DNA from: an uncultured Pseudomonadota bacterium
GTDB taxonomy: Bacteria; BMS3Abin14
Reading direction: 5' to 3'
Length of the DNA stretch: 64,000 bases
Assembly (NCBI GenBank): GCA_964454175.1
Contig: CAYVSA010000001.1
Span: 9,993-73,992 of the forward strand
Shown here: positions 8,927 through 18,677 of the stretch, piece after piece
Position numbering within the stretch: the stretch's first letter is position 1
Layout of the letters: each line of letters starts with the position of its first letter
The notes under the pieces: model-generated
Seen by the model: only the letters and a program-made list of their open reading frames with translations
What the model was told of the DNA's origin: nothing
Databases searched by the model: none
Translations under genes and position numbers: made by a program

Positions 8927-10870
8927 GTGCAGGGGACGAAGGATGAAGGTTTGAGCATCGAAGGCTATCGCGAGTGCCACCTGTGTTCAGTCCAGAACAA
9001 GACAAAAGCACGAAGGTGCAGGATGTGCACAGGACTTCTGAGCATGCGCGACCTTCTCTACCTGGAGATAGAGCGGGCACGGCGAAAGAAGATAGCCCCC
9101 TGGCTGTCCGCCATTGTGCCAGGCCTCGGGCACTGGTTCACCGGCAGAAGGTATATCGGGACTTTCTATTTCGCACTGTCACCCCTGGCCCTGGGCCTTG
9201 TTCTGTCTACCTACCGCGGCTGGAACTGGGGCTACACCATTCTCTCCCTAGGTTTCTTCCTGATATGGGTCATGGCTATTGTGGACGCTGGCAGGGGCCC
9301 TGGTGAATTTCACGCGCCGTGCCAGCTGGCGTGTCCTGGAAAGGTTCCGTGTTCCCACTACGTTCACCTTGCTGCCGAGGGAAAAGACCTTCAATCTCTG
9401 GAAATAGTAGAGCTTGTGTGTCCTTTCCCCGGGACTATCGGAAGGATATGCCACCATCCATGCGAAAGGGACTGCAACAGGGGCAAGGATGGAGAGCCCA
9501 TAGCCATCTGTGTTATCAAGCGATTTGTAGATGATCAGGTCAAAAGGCCCTACAACATCTACCGTCGGGAGATCCAGGATCATCCCGCCGCAATCGACAA
9601 GAGCATTGCTGTCGTCGGTTCCGGCCCCGCAGGTCTAACAGCTGCACTATTCCTCAGGATACTGGGTTTTTCAGTCACCATCTTTGAGGAACGGGATACT
9701 GCGGGAGGGACACCGGACATATACTCTCCTCATTTCCGGCTTCCGCGTGATGTTTACAAAAGAGAGGTCGACAGGATCCTCGACCTGGATGTAGAGACAA
9801 AATTCGGACAGTCACTGGGTAGAGATTTTTCCCTGGCGGACCTTAAAGCCCAGGGTTTTGCCGGTGCTTTTCTCGCGATCGGGTCCATGAGACCCGTCCA
9901 GCTCCCCCACACGGGAAAAGCAGAAGAAGGGTTCCTGGACGGCAGGGACCTTCTGGTCAGAGCTGCAGCGGGTGATGTCCATCCTCTTTCCGGAAATGTG
10001 ATCGTAATTGGCGGGGGGAACGTCTCGATGGATGTTGCCAGGACCGCTCTGAGGATCGGCGCTGAGAAAGTAACTGTGGTCTGTCTGGAAAAAAGGCCTG
10101 AACAGCGGGAAAAGATGTTCAGGCACATAGGGGCAGAGTGGACGGAGATAAAATACGAGGATCATGGCGAGTTCATGCCGGCTAACCTCTGGGATATTCA
10201 GGATGCGGTGGACGAAGGAGTTGAGATCATGGACAGTTCGGCTACCATCTCCTTCGATACCGATAGCGGCAGCCTGTCGAGGGCTTTTTGTCAGAAAGTG
10301 TCACATATTGAAAGTTCCGAGCATGGACGGCTGGTTCCGGTTTTCAAAGAGGGAACGGGTTTCTGGCTCGACGCGCAATGGGTGATCACCGCCGTGGGAT
10401 CTGTTCCCGACTACTCTTTCCATGGGGGAAAGCCCGACATGAACCCCCTGCTTGCGGAAGTGCCGTTAGCCGAGGTTTCGGCCTTGTCAGATGAATCATT
10501 CATCGTTCTTGCGGGTGGGGACAACGTACACGGGCCAGCTTCGATCATTGAAGCTATCGCTGCCGGCAGAGAGGCTGCCAAGCACTTTTACAGTAGTGTC
10601 GTTGGCAAAACACCTGTCAGCATAAGGTACACGAGCCGTCGGATCAAGCCTCCATGGGCCAACTACCTGGACAGCTACGATATGAGGCGCCGCAGGCAGG
10701 AAGTCTCTCTGGCGCCCGGAGCAAGAGTGACTGATTTTGCCGAGGTACACAAAGGTTTCCCCAAAAGGGTGGCAATGGAGGAAGCCGACCGCTGCATGCG
10801 CTGCGACTGGACACTCACAAGGCAGTCCAAGGTGGATAAATATCTTGCTAAACTGAAAAAAGAGGAATAG
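8927..10870 (+). CDS. Membrane-anchored GltD-like NAD(P)H-dependent FAD/Fe-S oxidoreductase (zinc ribbon + TM2 domain + glutamate synthase small-subunit-like domain)
   Basis: The N-terminal CxxC...CxxC zinc ribbon is followed by a TM2-domain signature 'LSAIVPGLGHWFTGRRYIG' with two TM helices. Next comes a GltD-type Cys cluster 'ICHHPCERDC', a Rossmann 'VVGSGPAGLTAA', a second 'VIGGGNVSMD', and a C-terminal 'RCMRCD'. Confidence 0.6.
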   Translation: MQGTKDEGLSIEGYRECHLCSVQNKTKARRCRMCTGLLSMRDLLYLEIERARRKKIAPWLSAIVPGLGHWFTGRRYIGTFYFALSPLALGLVLSTYRGWNWGYTILSLGFFLIWVMAIVDAGRGPGEFHAPCQLACPGKVPCSHYVHLAAEGKDLQSLEIVELVCPFPGTIGRICHHPCERDCNRGKDGEPIAICVIKRFVDDQVKRPYNIYRREIQDHPAAIDKSIAVVGSGPAGLTAALFLRILGFSVTIFEERDTAGGTPDIYSPHFRLPRDVYKREVDRILDLDVETKFGQSLGRDFSLADLKAQGFAGAFLAIGSMRPVQLPHTGKAEEGFLDGRDLLVRAAAGDVHPLSGNVIVIGGGNVSMDVARTALRIGAEKVTVVCLEKRPEQREKMFRHIGAEWTEIKYEDHGEFMPANLWDIQDAVDEGVEIMDSSATISFDTDSGSLSRAFCQKVSHIESSEHGRLVPVFKEGTGFWLDAQWVITAVGSVPDYSFHGGKPDMNPLLAEVPLAEVSALSDESFIVLAGGDNVHGPASIIEAIAAGREAAKHFYSSVVGKTPVSIRYTSRRIKPPWANYLDSYDMRRRRQEVSLAPGARVTDFAEVHKGFPKRVAMEEADRCMRCDWTLTRQSKVDKYLAKLKKEE

Positions 10871-10959
10871 CGGGATTTTGTTCGCTGATGTGGGTAAACC
10901 TGGTCCAGGACCCAAAATCTAATGGCTAATGTTCTAATATCCAATGTTCTAATTTCTAT

Positions 10960-11250
10960 CTAATAGATTTCTTCCTCGATCTTCTCGCTGGAAATAACGG
11001 TGTAGCAGGACTGTCCCTTTGCAGGGGTCGCGGGTATCTCTTCGACCCTGATGATAACTTTTTCCCGGGGGTATCGTATAGCTATCTCGTCTCCAACCCT
11101 GACGCTCTTACCCGGGGGCGCCAGCCTGCCGTTAAGTGTTACCCAGCCATTTCCGCATAGCTTGGAGGCGAGGGACCGTCTTTTGACGAGACGGGCGCGT
11201 TTCAAAAACAGGTCCACCCTGAGCTTTTCCAGCCCGAACCTATCCCTCAT
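10960..11250 (-). CDS. S4 domain RNA-binding protein (Hsp15/YlmH-like)
   Basis: 'LRVDLFLKRARLVKRRSLASKLCGNGWVTLNGRLAPPGKSVRVGDEI' is an S4 domain. Confidence 0.6.
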   Translation of the reverse strand: MRDRFGLEKLRVDLFLKRARLVKRRSLASKLCGNGWVTLNGRLAPPGKSVRVGDEIAIRYPREKVIIRVEEIPATPAKGQSCYTVISSEKIEEEIY

Positions 11251-12154
11251 CCGTAAAGATCTCTATGTAGGTCTTCTCCTTCAGGTCTTTTATCCATAGG
11301 CCACGCTGGGTGCCTTCCTTTTCAGACCTGATCTGGTCGATGATCTTTTCCCTGACCTTTTCAAGTGGCTGGCGAAGTGAACTTCGTCCCGTGAGGTAAA
11401 GCAGGTGAACTCCGAGGTCTGATCGAATCGGTCCCGCTATTTCTCCCTCCCGCAGTTCAAGGGCAGCCTTTTCAAGGGCAGGCAAAAGCTCTCCCCTGGC
11501 AAAAGTACCCAGGTTCCCTCCCAGTGAGGCTGTTCCCTGGTCCTCGGAGTATTCACTGGCCGCTGCGGCGAAGGAAAGACCGTTGTGGATCTTTTCCAGA
11601 AGATCGTCAGCTTGAATCAATGCAGCCTCTTCATCCTGAGGCGGGGCATCGGTAGGCAGCCTGAACAGTATGTGGCTCAAGGACAGCATTGGCCTGGGAG
11701 GGTAATCCCTGTCGTACGCCACCCTGATCTCATCTTCTGAGATCTGTACTCTTGTCGCCAGGGCAGCGGATACGGCTCTGCCAATGACCACCTGCTCACG
11801 GACTCGCTGCCTGTACGTTTTAAAATCCTGACCTCTGGCAATGAGCGCGCTTTCCAGTTCCTCTCTCGTGGTTTTGTTTTTTTCCATAACGGACACAACG
11901 ATCTTGTCAAGCTCCTTGTCCGTAACTCGGACCTCGTTCTGCCCTGCCCACTGCAGGACCAGGCTTCGCTCTATGAGCAGGTCAAGTGCCTGCAGGTAGG
12001 AAAGTTTGCCAGACTCTTCCAGAACCATAAGGACTTCCCTGTTAGTGATGGGCTCATGACCCACCGCCGCTACAACAAAGTCAGAGGCGGAGGCGGGGAT
12101 AGCTGATATCATAAGCACTGATGATATTAATATTGTCAGAAGATATCTTTTCAA
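11240..12154 (-). CDS. SurA-like periplasmic chaperone / parvulin-type peptidyl-prolyl isomerase
   Basis: It has a signal peptide, a SurA-N-like region, and a PpiC domain 'LSHILF...GGNLGTFARGELLPALEKAA'. Confidence 0.65.
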   Translation of the reverse strand: MKRYLLTILISSVLMISAIPASASDFVVAAVGHEPITNREVLMVLEESGKLSYLQALDLLIERSLVLQWAGQNEVRVTDKELDKIVVSVMEKNKTTREELESALIARGQDFKTYRQRVREQVVIGRAVSAALATRVQISEDEIRVAYDRDYPPRPMLSLSHILFRLPTDAPPQDEEAALIQADDLLEKIHNGLSFAAAASEYSEDQGTASLGGNLGTFARGELLPALEKAALELREGEIAGPIRSDLGVHLLYLTGRSSLRQPLEKVREKIIDQIRSEKEGTQRGLWIKDLKEKTYIEIFTDEG

Positions 12155-12225
12155 GCTTCTATCTCATGTCTGGTTTTTGTTTCCATAATAATGACTCTGG
12201 ACATTGGACTTTTGGGCTTGTCTGC

Positions 12226-13191
12226 TTACTCTTTATTTTCAAGATTCTCCAGATAGAGAGTGATCTGGGCCTGGTCTTTCAGGTGCCCGAGCCATTCATT
12301 GAAAAACGATTCCTGTCTTGCCTGAAAGATCTTCTGCCTTATCTGCTCGCTCACCTCGTCCAGGGTCTGGGTCCGTGGCCTTATGCGGTGCTCTACCTTG
12401 AATATGTGAAACCCGTAGGGTGATTTCACGACGCGACTGACTGAGCCAACACGATATCGGAACACTACTTTATCGAATTCCTCCGGCATCTGTCCCTTGG
12501 CAAACTTCCCAAGGTCCCCGCCCTGCTCCGAATCGGGACTCAGAGAAAAACGTTTTGCCATATCAGCGAAATCCGCGCCTTTTAGTATCTTCGACCTTAT
12601 AGAGCGCGCTTCTTCCTCAGTAGCCACAACTATCTGCCTGGCTCGCACCATAAGGGGCTGCTGAAACTCTTTTTTATTTGCCTTATAGTACTCTTCCACG
12701 TCCTGGTCGCTCACGTGTATGATGCTGTCGATCTCCTGCTCTATCAGTTTGTCGATAAGCAGCTTTTCGACCCTGTCCTTCTTCCATTCCTCCAGCTGCA
12801 CGCCGATCCTTTCCAGGGCCTCACTGAGGGTGTCCTTGGGATAATCCTCCTTCAGGAGGTTGATCTCGTGGTTAAGTTCCTCATCCGAAACAGTCAGCAT
12901 GCGCAGATCCGCCTCCTGCTTGAGCAGCTCGGTCTCGATTATTTTGTTCAAGAAGCTAACCTTGAGTTCTCTTATTGCCTCCGGGCTGCTTCCCGGCAGG
13001 TGGATCCGTTTGGTGAAGCGATCATATTTCGCCTGGAAGATCTCCCGGGTAATGGGTTTACCGTTCACTTCCGCGACAATACCTTCTGTCGGGATCGGCT
13101 TTTTTTCTCCAGTGGGTTGCTCCAGGCCGTTGACCCAGATAAAAACGGCGACGGCGATTGCGAATATGATTACTGCAGCTAATTTTTTCAT
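12226..13191 (-). CDS. Parvulin-type peptidyl-prolyl cis-trans isomerase (SurA/PrsA/PpiD-like)
   Basis: It has a signal anchor and a PpiC domain 'ARQIVVATEEEA...GGDLGKFAKGQMPEEFDKVVF...GFHIFKV'. Confidence 0.65.
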   Translation of the reverse strand: MKKLAAVIIFAIAVAVFIWVNGLEQPTGEKKPIPTEGIVAEVNGKPITREIFQAKYDRFTKRIHLPGSSPEAIRELKVSFLNKIIETELLKQEADLRMLTVSDEELNHEINLLKEDYPKDTLSEALERIGVQLEEWKKDRVEKLLIDKLIEQEIDSIIHVSDQDVEEYYKANKKEFQQPLMVRARQIVVATEEEARSIRSKILKGADFADMAKRFSLSPDSEQGGDLGKFAKGQMPEEFDKVVFRYRVGSVSRVVKSPYGFHIFKVEHRIRPRTQTLDEVSEQIRQKIFQARQESFFNEWLGHLKDQAQITLYLENLENKE

Positions 13192-13201
13192 GGCAGGATA
13201 T

Positions 13202-16200
13202 TTAAGTAACAGATGATTGGAGGGAGCGCAAGATTTCCTTTAGGAATACGACTCTGTCATCAGGAGAGCCCAGATTGGATACGTCGATCCGTAAGGTCGT
13301 CGGAGGAATAAAACTGACCCTTCTATCATTAGACAGCATGTTTACCAGCGCGTCAGGAGACACCCTGGCCTCAGGATGAAGCACGATAATGTAATATGGT
13401 TCGGCCATGTCGATGTGCTCCACAAGAAGCTGTCTTGCAAGCACTGTTACTTCAGCCTGCTTGAAAAGGGCTCTCACCTCAGGGGTAAACCGGCCGAATC
13501 GGTCCAGGACCTCTTCCCTCATGGCATCGAGTTCCTCGTCGGAAGAGGATCTGGCAAGTCGTTTGTAGAGAGTCAGCCGCTCTCCCGCGTCGGGAAGATA
13601 TTCCTGAGTGAGTAAGGCTGGGAGACCGAGATTCACGGAAGGCTCCACAGCGGGCATGGGCTCATCGCCTGAGGCTTCACGAACGGCCTGCTCCAGGAGC
13701 TGCGAAAACAGGTCAAGCCCCACGGATGCGATCTGGCCTGACTGCTCCTCCCCAAGGAGGTTCCCGGCCCCCCTTATTTCCATGTCATAGGAGGCCAGCT
13801 TGAAGCCTGAACCCAGTTCCGCCAGATCTTTAAGAACCGAGAGCCTTTCCCGGGCTTTTTTTGTCAGGCTTCCTTCCTGGGGTATCATGAGATAGCAGTA
13901 GGCTCGCAGGCTGGACCGCCCCACCCTTCCCCTGAGCTGGTAAAGCTGAGCCAGGCCGAACCGGTCAGCTCTGTTCACAATGAGGGTGTTCACGTTTGGA
14001 ATATCAAGACCTGATTCGATGATCGCTGTGGTCACGAGAACATCGAATTCGCCCTTTAAAAACAGTACCATTATTTCTTCCAGTTCCTTTTCGGCCATCT
14101 GGCCATGGGCCACCGCGACCCTGGCCTCGGGTACAGTTTTTTTGACCAGATCAGAAAAAGCGTGGATGCTCAGGACCCTGTTGTGCACCACGTATACTTG
14201 TCCTTCGCGACCCATTTCTCTGAGGATGGCGTCCCGCATCAGTTCCTCGTCGAAATACCTGATCTCAGTATGGACGGCTTTTCTGTCCACAGGAGGTGTG
14301 TGGATTAAGGAAAGGTCCCGAAGTCCTGAAAAAGCCTGATAAAGAGTCCTGGGTATAGGTGTTGCCGAGAGGGTCAGGACATCTACCGTCTTCTTGATCT
14401 TTTTAAGCCTTTCCTTGTGGCGGACCCCGAATCTGTGTTCTTCGTCGATGACGAGCAGGCCGAGCTCACTGAACCTGACGTCCTCAGACAGGAGCCTGTG
14501 TGTTCCGATCACGATATCCACAGTACCCGCGGCGAGTCCCTCCAGTGTTTTTTTCGTTTCGTTTCCCGAAACGAACCTGCTCATCACGGCTACCCTCACG
14601 GGAAAGCGTTCCAGCCTCTCGGTAAAGTTCTGAAAATGCTGCTGAGCAAGTACGGTAGTGGGCACCAGGACAGCGGCCTGTTTGCCTCCCAGCACGGCCA
14701 TGAATGAAGCCCGCAGGGCTACCTCGGTTTTGCCGTATCCGACATCTCCACAGACGAGCCTGTCCATGGGCCTTGGCGACATCATATCTGTGAGGACTTC
14801 CGAAATACATTTTTCCTGGTCTGGTGTTTCAGTCCAGGGAAAGGACGCTTCAAACTCCCTGAAGATGGAATCCGGAGGGTCGAATTTATGCCCCGGCCTG
14901 CTTTTTCTGGCTGCGGACAGGCTGATGAGTTCGGTGGCCATGTTTTTCAGAGTTCTTCGTGCGCGTTCTTTGACTTTTCCCCAAGCTCCGGAGCCGAGCT
15001 TGCTGAGGGGCGGCGGTTTTTCTGCGGCGCTTCGATAGCGCTGTACCCTGTTCATGTCCTGCACAGGAACATACAGGGTGTCGCCTCCGGAAAAGGCCAG
15101 GTGAAGGTATTCACCGAACTGTGCGGCCACGTCCATCTGTTTGAGCCCGTCGAAGCGGCAGATCCCGTGCTCAATGTGAACGACCGTATCACCGGAAGTC
15201 AGCGATCCGACCGGAAGGTCCCATTCAGGAGAAGCTGATCTGCCGATCCTCGCCTTTTTGGGTTGCCCGAAAATATCTGAATCGCTGAGGATGGCGAGCT
15301 TGTCATCCTGAAGGACAAAACCGCCGGACAGTTGACCGGGTACAATGCCGAACCCTGTTTTTGGAGGCGCAGCCGAAAAACTCTCATATCCGGGCGCGTC
15401 AATGCCCTGGTCCGTGAGCAGCATGGTGATGCGCTGGGCAGAGGACTTTGATCTTGCGGCGATCAGGGCCCCAAAACCGTGTTTTTTTCTGATCATGCGC
15501 ATAAAATCAAGAACACCCTCAAGCCGTCCGGGACGGGAACCAGGAGCCAGTGGAGGACTGCACCGAACGTGGGTGGATCCCCTGGTGCCGGCGAGGCCGG
15601 CAAGAATATGCCGCCTGGAGACCAGGTGTGAATAGATCTGGTCTGGGTCTTTGTAGACCTTGCCGAGGTCCGGAAGGCCTTCCCCTGCTCTTTCGGCGGC
15701 AAAAGTGTAGAAATTTTTCATGGCAGAGATGATCTCACCAGGTTCAACCAGCAGCAGCGTGGAATTTTCATTCAAATAGTCCGCTGGAGAACTGTGTTTT
15801 CCATAGATCGCTGGTAAAAAAAGGTTGATCCCCGGAAAGCCTGATCCGTTATCCCATCCCTCAAGGAAACGCTCCCTTTCTCTGGATGTTACTTGTACGG
15901 CAGACAGGGCCGCAGAAAGTCTTGCCCTCCCTTCAGCCCTCACGTCTGCATTACGGACGATTTCGGAGACTGGAAGAATCTGGAATTCGATGAGCGTCCC
16001 GGTGCTCCTTTGGAGGTCGGGGTCAAAAGCCCTCAGGGAATGGACCTTGTCCTCCCAGAGTTCGATCCGGCACGGGAGCTCGTGGGCAGGGGAAAAAATA
16101 TCCAGGATGCCGCCCCTGACTGCAACCTCCCCTGCCTGTGTTGTCACAGGTACCCTTCTGTATCCCCAGGCAAGGAGAGTCCTCAGAAGTTCGTCCCTGT

Positions 16201-16603
16201 CCAGCACACTGGCCGCACGAACAGTTACGATGGCTGATGTCAGAGTCTCTGGGGGAGGGGCTGGCTGCAGTAGTGCCAAAGCGGGGATCACGACTGGTCC
16301 TGTACCGCGAGAAATGGCCAGAAACGCGCGCATTCTTGCAGAAGCCGTTTCCATGTCCGGCAGCATTCGCTCCATGGGATTGTTCTCAGTTGCGGGGAGG
16401 ATCACTACCTCGTGCCCGGACAGGAAAAAGGAAATATCCCCTGCGAGGGCCGCTGCTGAGGCGGCATCGGGGGCAACTGCGACGAGCTTGTCAGGTTCGG
16501 GTAGTTTTGATACCAGGTAGGCCGCGGCTGATGGGGGCAGGCCTGAAAGACTCACATGCCCAGCTCTGTCCAGGTCCGTTGCGACCTGTACTGAGAGGGT
16601 CAT
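13202..16603 (-). CDS. mfd: Transcription-repair coupling factor Mfd
   Basis: The helicase motifs 'GDVGYGKTEVA', 'DEEHRFGV' and 'LSATPIPRT' are present, with RNAP-interacting and TRG domains. I place the start at the internal Met 'MTLSVQV' (16603), which abuts the upstream gene's stop at 16605. Confidence 0.9.
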   Translation of the reverse strand: MTLSVQVATDLDRAGHVSLSGLPPSAAAYLVSKLPEPDKLVAVAPDAASAAALAGDISFFLSGHEVVILPATENNPMERMLPDMETASARMRAFLAISRGTGPVVIPALALLQPAPPPETLTSAIVTVRAASVLDRDELLRTLLAWGYRRVPVTTQAGEVAVRGGILDIFSPAHELPCRIELWEDKVHSLRAFDPDLQRSTGTLIEFQILPVSEIVRNADVRAEGRARLSAALSAVQVTSRERERFLEGWDNGSGFPGINLFLPAIYGKHSSPADYLNENSTLLLVEPGEIISAMKNFYTFAAERAGEGLPDLGKVYKDPDQIYSHLVSRRHILAGLAGTRGSTHVRCSPPLAPGSRPGRLEGVLDFMRMIRKKHGFGALIAARSKSSAQRITMLLTDQGIDAPGYESFSAAPPKTGFGIVPGQLSGGFVLQDDKLAILSDSDIFGQPKKARIGRSASPEWDLPVGSLTSGDTVVHIEHGICRFDGLKQMDVAAQFGEYLHLAFSGGDTLYVPVQDMNRVQRYRSAAEKPPPLSKLGSGAWGKVKERARRTLKNMATELISLSAARKSRPGHKFDPPDSIFREFEASFPWTETPDQEKCISEVLTDMMSPRPMDRLVCGDVGYGKTEVALRASFMAVLGGKQAAVLVPTTVLAQQHFQNFTERLERFPVRVAVMSRFVSGNETKKTLEGLAAGTVDIVIGTHRLLSEDVRFSELGLLVIDEEHRFGVRHKERLKKIKKTVDVLTLSATPIPRTLYQAFSGLRDLSLIHTPPVDRKAVHTEIRYFDEELMRDAILREMGREGQVYVVHNRVLSIHAFSDLVKKTVPEARVAVAHGQMAEKELEEIMVLFLKGEFDVLVTTAIIESGLDIPNVNTLIVNRADRFGLAQLYQLRGRVGRSSLRAYCYLMIPQEGSLTKKARERLSVLKDLAELGSGFKLASYDMEIRGAGNLLGEEQSGQIASVGLDLFSQLLEQAVREASGDEPMPAVEPSVNLGLPALLTQEYLPDAGERLTLYKRLARSSSDEELDAMREEVLDRFGRFTPEVRALFKQAEVTVLARQLLVEHIDMAEPYYIIVLHPEARVSPDALVNMLSNDRRVSFIPPTTLRIDVSNLGSPDDRVVFLKEILRSLQSSVT

Positions 16604-16604
16604 T

Positions 16605-17087
16605 TTAACTGCTGGATCCTGTGATCCTGTCGATGATGCTGGAGGTGGATTCTCCCAGCCGGAAGGGAAGGGCGAGCACTTGGCCTCCGTTTCCCTTAAC
16701 GAAATCTCCCCCGACGATCTCATCCACTGGCCAGTCTCCGCCCTTGACCAGAATGTGGGGTTTGACTGCCTGGATCAGAGCAATCGGTGTTTGTTCCGCA
16801 AAGGGCACGACGGCGTCTACCCACCTTAACGAGAGAAGGATCTCGACCCTGGCGGCCTGGTTGAGAACAGGCCTTCCGGGGCCTTTCAGTTCCCTTACAG
16901 AATCATCAGAATTCAAGCCAACCACGAGAATATCACCCAGTGCTTTTGCCTGTTTCAGATAGCTGGTGTGGCCGGGATGGATCAGGTCAAAGCATCCGTT
17001 AGTAAAGACCACGGTCAAATCGTTGGCACGCCAGTGCGCTGCCCTTTCCTTTATGGATTCATGTGTATATTCGGATGGTTCAACCAT
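16605..17087 (-). CDS. hldE: D-glycero-beta-D-manno-heptose 1-phosphate adenylyltransferase (RfaE/HldE domain II, cytidylyltransferase family)
   Basis: 'VVFTNGCFDLIHPGHTSYL' is the nucleotidyltransferase (H/T)xGH motif, and 'VLVKGGDW' matches RfaE-II. Length is 160 aa. Confidence 0.75.
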   Translation of the reverse strand: MVEPSEYTHESIKERAAHWRANDLTVVFTNGCFDLIHPGHTSYLKQAKALGDILVVGLNSDDSVRELKGPGRPVLNQAARVEILLSLRWVDAVVPFAEQTPIALIQAVKPHILVKGGDWPVDEIVGGDFVKGNGGQVLALPFRLGESTSSIIDRITGSSS

Positions 17088-18079
17088 CAGGGCATCTGTT
17101 CCTTGACCAGAGCCAGCAGTAGGGGGAGGAGGATCTCATGATGGCCCGTGAGGGCAAAACTGCGCCCGCCGTAGGCAGTGGGCCGACCCAGTACGTTCAC
17201 GCGGGGTCTGTAATGCTGGATGAAATCCATATTCACGGTAGTAAGGCCCTTGACCGGATGTCCGAGGTTCCGTGCAAGCGAGAGGGCCTTGAGGAACACC
17301 TCAGGCATAATGACAGCCGACCCGAGATTTATGTATACACCATTATCCAGGGCAGCGACCTGACTTGCGAAAAGTAAAAAATCGGTCATGGATGCCGCGC
17401 CGGTGGCTGCTCCGTCACAACTTGGATGCATGTGGATTATGTCCGTGCCGATGGCTACGTGGACCGTAGCTGGTACAGGGGTTCTGGCAGCCGCAGCAAA
17501 AACACTGAGCCCGGAATGCTTCAGCCCGCCCCCTTCTATCATGCTTCCGACCGCATGCCCGATCCCTGTTCCTTCAGCAGCGGCCTGCGAAATAGCACTG
17601 TTGAGCGACACTGCTGTCTGCTCTGCCATCCCGAACTGACCGGACTCAAGACCTGCGCCCACATCCTCGGAAGTTTTTCCTGAGGCTGCAAGCTCATAGT
17701 CGTGAATGATCGCTGCACCGTTGGTGGCAATCCCGGTGAGTATGCCGGTTTCGATTGCATCTGCCAGGAGCGGGCCGAGTCCGACCTTGATCGGGTGGGC
17801 TCCCATGCCGAGAAGGACTCCGCAGCCATTTTTCCTGGCGACTGCTATTGCCTCGGCCGTTTCTTTCAGGTCACTGGATGCAAGGATATCCGGCAAGCTG
17901 TCAGTAAATTGGGATAATGTTGAGCCGCCCACGAGGGGTTTGCCCAGATCCTCAGCGCTGACTTTGCTTTGCCGTGAGTGAAGGGAGCAGGTTTTTACCT
18001 CACCCGGGATTATGCCTCTTGTCGGGGTGTTGGGATACTTTTTATCAATCATTTTTTCCTGCAAAGACAAGTATCTCAA
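17087..18079 (-). CDS. Conserved hypothetical protein of unknown function, sitting between gmhA and hldE-II
   Basis: It is a 330-aa Gly/Ala-rich soluble protein. It has no ribokinase-like kinase motifs and I do not recognise the family. Its 5' end overlaps the gmhA stop, so the true start may be an internal Met. Confidence 0.3.
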   Translation of the reverse strand: MRYLSLQEKMIDKKYPNTPTRGIIPGEVKTCSLHSRQSKVSAEDLGKPLVGGSTLSQFTDSLPDILASSDLKETAEAIAVARKNGCGVLLGMGAHPIKVGLGPLLADAIETGILTGIATNGAAIIHDYELAASGKTSEDVGAGLESGQFGMAEQTAVSLNSAISQAAAEGTGIGHAVGSMIEGGGLKHSGLSVFAAAARTPVPATVHVAIGTDIIHMHPSCDGAATGAASMTDFLLFASQVAALDNGVYINLGSAVIMPEVFLKALSLARNLGHPVKGLTTVNMDFIQHYRPRVNVLGRPTAYGGRSFALTGHHEILLPLLLALVKEQMP

Positions 18080-18635
18080 GGAGTTCGGCCATGATGTGGA
18101 GGACCAGGTGATGGATTTCCTGCACTCTGGGCGTGCTGATCTCGCCGGGTGCCAGATAATAGTCGCACAAATCGGCCATAGGGCCTTCCTCGGGACCGCT
18201 CATGCCCACTGTCATCAGGGACTGCCTGTTTGCCGCTTCCAGAGCTCTCAGGATGTTGGGCGAGGTCCCGCTTGTGGATATGGCGATCAGTGCGTCTCCC
18301 TCTTTTCCCACTGCTTCGATCTGCTTGCTGAAGATCAGGTCGTAGGAGTAATCGTTTGAGATGGAGGTTATGACCGAGGTGTCTGTCGCAAGAGAGATGC
18401 AGGGAAGGGGCCGCCGCTCCATGAGAAACCTGTTTACAAGTTCCCCTGCGAAATGCTGTGCGTCAGCCGCGCTGCCGCCGTTGCCCGCAACAAGGATCTT
18501 TCCTCCGCTACCTACTGCTCTTGCCAGGCTTCTGGCAGCCTGCAGGATCTGCTCCGAGGCCCGGTGGCAGTATACTTCCTGGGCCCGGGCGCTCTCGGCG
18601 CCCCTCTGTACAATTATTTCTTCCAGTTTTTTCAT
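18045..18635 (-). CDS. gmhA: Phosphoheptose isomerase (SIS domain) GmhA
   Basis: 'ILVAGNGGSAADAQHFAGE' and 'ISTSGTSPN' are the SIS/GmhA motifs. Confidence 0.8.
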   Translation of the reverse strand: MKKLEEIIVQRGAESARAQEVYCHRASEQILQAARSLARAVGSGGKILVAGNGGSAADAQHFAGELVNRFLMERRPLPCISLATDTSVITSISNDYSYDLIFSKQIEAVGKEGDALIAISTSGTSPNILRALEAANRQSLMTVGMSGPEEGPMADLCDYYLAPGEISTPRVQEIHHLVLHIMAELLEILVFAGKND

Positions 18636-18677
18636 GGCATGCCGTTTTTATATTATAAAGGGTCCACCCGCGGTAAA

